Origin: an uncultured Bacteroidales bacterium
GTDB lineage: Bacteria > Bacteroidota > Bacteroidia > Bacteroidales > WCHB1-69
Length of the DNA: 64,000 bases
Direction of reading: 5' to 3'
NCBI GenBank assembly: GCA_900316305.1
Contig: ONCM01000003.1
Span: 4,762-68,761, forward strand
Position 1 is the first letter of the stretch. Every line of letters begins with the position of its first letter. The notes below the pieces were generated by a model. The model searched no databases. It was not told the DNA's origin and worked only from the letters and a program-made list of their open reading frames with translations. The position numbers were made by a program, and so were the translations under genes. Below are positions 61,063-64,000 of the stretch, in pieces.

Positions 61063-61488
61063 ATGAAGATATTCATCGGATCGGATCATGCAGGTGTTGA
61101 CCTGAAATCAGCCGTCATAAAGCATTATGAGGGTAAGTTTGAGTTTGAAGACAAGGGAACGTTTTCGCACGACAGTGTGGATTATCCCGACTTCGCACAC
61201 GCCGTGGCGGAGAGTGTCTTGAATAATGCAGATTCGTTGGGAATCCTGATTTGCGGTACCGGTAACGGGATGGCCATCACGGCAAACAAGCACGCAGGCA
61301 TCCGTGCCGCTCTATGCTGGGCACCTGAAATCGCAGCTTTGGCCAAACAGCACAACAATGCCAACATCGTGGTGCTGCCCGCCCGCTTCATCTCCACTGA
61401 AAATGCCCTTCTCACCCTTCAAGCTTACTTTGATACGGAGTTTGAGGGCGGAAGACATCAAAGAAGAATCGACAAAATCAACCTCTGA
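61063..61488 (+). CDS. rpiB: Ribose-5-phosphate isomerase B
   Basis: GSDHAG, SVDYPD, CGTGNG, HNNAN and FEGGRH.RR. Confidence 0.97.
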   Translation: MKIFIGSDHAGVDLKSAVIKHYEGKFEFEDKGTFSHDSVDYPDFAHAVAESVLNNADSLGILICGTGNGMAITANKHAGIRAALCWAPEIAALAKQHNNANIVVLPARFISTENALLTLQAYFDTEFEGGRHQRRIDKINL

Positions 61489-62615
61489 TGAAGAATTCGC
61501 CGCTATTTGACCAGGATTTTGAGAGCATCCGTAAAAAAGCGTATGCCATTCGTCATAACTATTTTGACGATATGGATAAACATTTGCTCTCCTTGGAGAA
61601 TGTTCTGATGAAAAACGGAATGAACGTTCTCTGGGCGAAAGACCGTAACTCGTTGTTTGACAATGTGAATTCGCTAATTGATGCTGGTTCTCTACGCAGG
61701 GTTTGTTTCGATTCCAATCTTCCTTTGGAGAGCACATTCCATAACAAAGTGGAAGCGGTTCCTGTTGAAAAGCTGGAAGAATCATCGGATGATGTGGATA
61801 TGCTCGTGGTAGATGCCGATTTCGCCATTAGCGAGAACGGCGGATTGGTAATGCTGGACAAAAAGTCGGCCTGTTGCTTCAATAAGACCAAAAAGATGGC
61901 GGTCATTGTCTATATTGACCAAGTCATTACCAGTCAGCAAGATATTTCTTTCTTTACCGCACTTAAATATCTGGCAAAAGAGGATAATATGCCACATGAT
62001 GTGAAAATCATCAAAAACGGCTTGCAATACGTATGTCCGAACAATCTTTCGTTCCTGTCTGACCAACCGGTCTCCCAGGAACCCATGAATGTGTCTGTTA
62101 TCTTGTATCTTAATGGTATAGAGGATATTATTTCCTCAGATTTGTTGAAAGAGTCGCTCTATTGTATCCAATGTGGACGTTGTTTGGAGGTATGTCCCGT
62201 GGCTTCTGCCCATGATGGTATCTCTCCGATTGAACTGGTTAAAATGAACAGTTTCGACAAATACAACCAAACACAGCATCTCTTTTCCCATACGACATTG
62301 TGCGGCGCATGTTCGGCTGCCTGTCCGGTGAACATTCCGCTTACCAAACTGCTGCTTTCGGAAATGCAGATTTCCAACATGGTGGTTAAACCTTCCAGAA
62401 CCAAGCAACTCTATTCGCTGTTTTCCAAACGCAGCAAACTTAACAGGGCTAATGGTTCCTTCTTCCGTTTCTTCTTTGTGAAACGCTTTTTCGGAAGAAA
62501 CCGCCTTTTGAGCAAATATTTTTCAAATCAAAATTCTGATTTTTTCAATATTTCCTACGAACCCCCTTACGAAGACAATCCAAATGAGCTCATCAAAGAT
62601 TCAGATTTTGAATGA
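61488..62615 (+). CDS. LUD-domain / LutB-like 4Fe-4S protein
   Basis: ADFAISENG (LUD), CIQCGRCLEVCP and TLCGACSAACPV.IPL. Confidence 0.75.
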   Translation: MKNSPLFDQDFESIRKKAYAIRHNYFDDMDKHLLSLENVLMKNGMNVLWAKDRNSLFDNVNSLIDAGSLRRVCFDSNLPLESTFHNKVEAVPVEKLEESSDDVDMLVVDADFAISENGGLVMLDKKSACCFNKTKKMAVIVYIDQVITSQQDISFFTALKYLAKEDNMPHDVKIIKNGLQYVCPNNLSFLSDQPVSQEPMNVSVILYLNGIEDIISSDLLKESLYCIQCGRCLEVCPVASAHDGISPIELVKMNSFDKYNQTQHLFSHTTLCGACSAACPVNIPLTKLLLSEMQISNMVVKPSRTKQLYSLFSKRSKLNRANGSFFRFFFVKRFFGRNRLLSKYFSNQNSDFFNISYEPPYEDNPNELIKDSDFE

Positions 62616-64000
62616 TAAGATCAGGCATTTTCTAAAAAAGTACTACCTGAACAAACTTTACAAAGGAATTATTTTCTTTGTCATTGTCTTATTGGCTACT
62701 TTCATAGTCTATTCCCTGTTCGAATATTTTTCGTATTCCAATACTTTTACCCGCTCTTTTCTCTTTTATTCTTTCATTGCACTTGCTGTAGGTATTGGAA
62801 TTGCTTATATTATCATCCCTGCTTTTAAGATTGCCGGTTTGGGTAAGCAGCTTTCCAATGAGGAAGTGGCGAAGATTATAGGCAAACATTTCAATCAGAT
62901 TGACGATAAACTTCTGAATCTCTTTGAATTACAGCAACAGATGGAGCGTGGCGATTATGTGAGTTACGATTTGCTTTCTGCTGCCATCGATAGTAAAGTG
63001 GATTCTTTCAAGGCTTATTCTTTCGTACAAGCCATTCCTGTGGAGAAAACAAAGCGTTTCGCCCTTTGGATGTTGCTTCCTATTGCCATTTTCTTGGTTC
63101 TATTTTCCATAAAGAAAGAATTATTTACTGAATCTACCAAACGTATTGTCCACTACAATGAAGTTTATGAGAAACCGGCTCCGTATTCGTTTGTGATCAC
63201 CAATGATTCTCTGAGCGCTTTCCAATATGAGGATTTTACGGTGAATGTGAAAGTAGAAGGCAGTGAAGTGCCTGATGAGGTCTATATCAAGTACAAAAAC
63301 AGAAATTATAAGTGTCAGAAAAATGCCAATTCGGAGTTTTCCTACACCTTTACGAATTTGCAACAAAGTACTGATTTTCAAATCAATACAGATGAAGTAA
63401 CCTCTACAATTTATCAGATTAATGTCCTGCCAAAACCTGTGATGCTCGGCTTCAACATATCCCTCCATTATCCGTCCTATTTGAACAAACCAGACGAAGA
63501 ATTAGAGAATGTGAGCAATATTACGGTTCCGGAAGGAACAGTGATTACGTGGAATTTTATTACCCGTAATTCCGATAATCTGATTCTGATTGTTGATGAA
63601 AACGAGAAGACCATTTCTTCCGAAAAAGACAACTACTTGGTCAATGTAACGGCCAGAAATTCCTTTACCTATTCAGTTTTGAATAAAAACAAGTTCATGA
63701 CGGGTAAGGATACGCTCACGGATGAAGTGACAGTGATAAAGGACATGTATCCTGATATTTACGTGCAGGCACAGCAAGATTCCGCCTACCACGACCGGAT
63801 TTATTTCAAGGGCAATATCAAGGATGACTACGGTTTCACGAAACTTCAGTTTGTGTATAACAAGTTGGATAAAGATGGTAAAGTTTTGGCTTCCAACATA
63901 GTAGTTCCTATCAAAATCCAGAATAGTGTGACTATCCAGGATTTCTATTATTACTTTGACCAGAATATGTTGGCACTTAATCCTGGCGAACAAATTGACT
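62584..64000 (+). CDS. DUF4175-like large membrane protein (partial, runs off the window)
   Basis: Manual translation gives MSSSKIQILNDKIRHFLKKYYLNKLYKG..., later IG.HF..IDDKLLN, YPSYL.K and I.DDYGF.KL. Confidence 0.8.
   Translation, partial: MSSSKIQILNDKIRHFLKKYYLNKLYKGIIFFVIVLLATFIVYSLFEYFSYSNTFTRSFLFYSFIALAVGIGIAYIIIPAFKIAGLGKQLSNEEVAKIIGKHFNQIDDKLLNLFELQQQMERGDYVSYDLLSAAIDSKVDSFKAYSFVQAIPVEKTKRFALWMLLPIAIFLVLFSIKKELFTESTKRIVHYNEVYEKPAPYSFVITNDSLSAFQYEDFTVNVKVEGSEVPDEVYIKYKNRNYKCQKNANSEFSYTFTNLQQSTDFQINTDEVTSTIYQINVLPKPVMLGFNISLHYPSYLNKPDEELENVSNITVPEGTVITWNFITRNSDNLILIVDENEKTISSEKDNYLVNVTARNSFTYSVLNKNKFMTGKDTLTDEVTVIKDMYPDIYVQAQQDSAYHDRIYFKGNIKDDYGFTKLQFVYNKLDKDGKVLASNIVVPIKIQNSVTIQDFYYYFDQNMLALNPGEQID

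Overview
Chromosomal window from a Bacteroidales bacterium, judged from the TAnnTTTG -7 promoters, T9SS cargo and porQ. The left half (about 2.4-33.4 kb) is accessory and mosaic. It holds three cobalamin riboswitches. One controls an orphan BtuG-like lipoprotein. The other two control T9SS-exported proteins carrying six copies of a domain that resembles the B12-binding beta-grasp domain of transcobalamin/intrinsic factor (DUF4430-like). Next to them is a third, BtuH-like T9SS protein whose leader looks like the same riboswitch leader with the aptamer deleted. This putative T9SS-delivered cobamide-capture system is the strongest candidate for an undescribed system. The left half also has a metal-uptake module (ZIP transporter, TonB-dependent receptor, CxxC/RAPP upstream peptide) between 71-bp direct repeats, a cassette-like patch of small genes and gene remnants between palindromic repeats, and an AT-richer block with a long hairpin leader and a C10 protease. 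The right half is mostly housekeeping: pyrG, nfo, purM, queA, pepT, lptC, coaX, pdxA, porQ, sufE, uvrB, metG, rpiB and two tRNAs. An AT-rich gap with DnaA boxes at about 60.5-61.0 kb is a plausible oriC. All family assignments come from recalled motifs; no searches were run.
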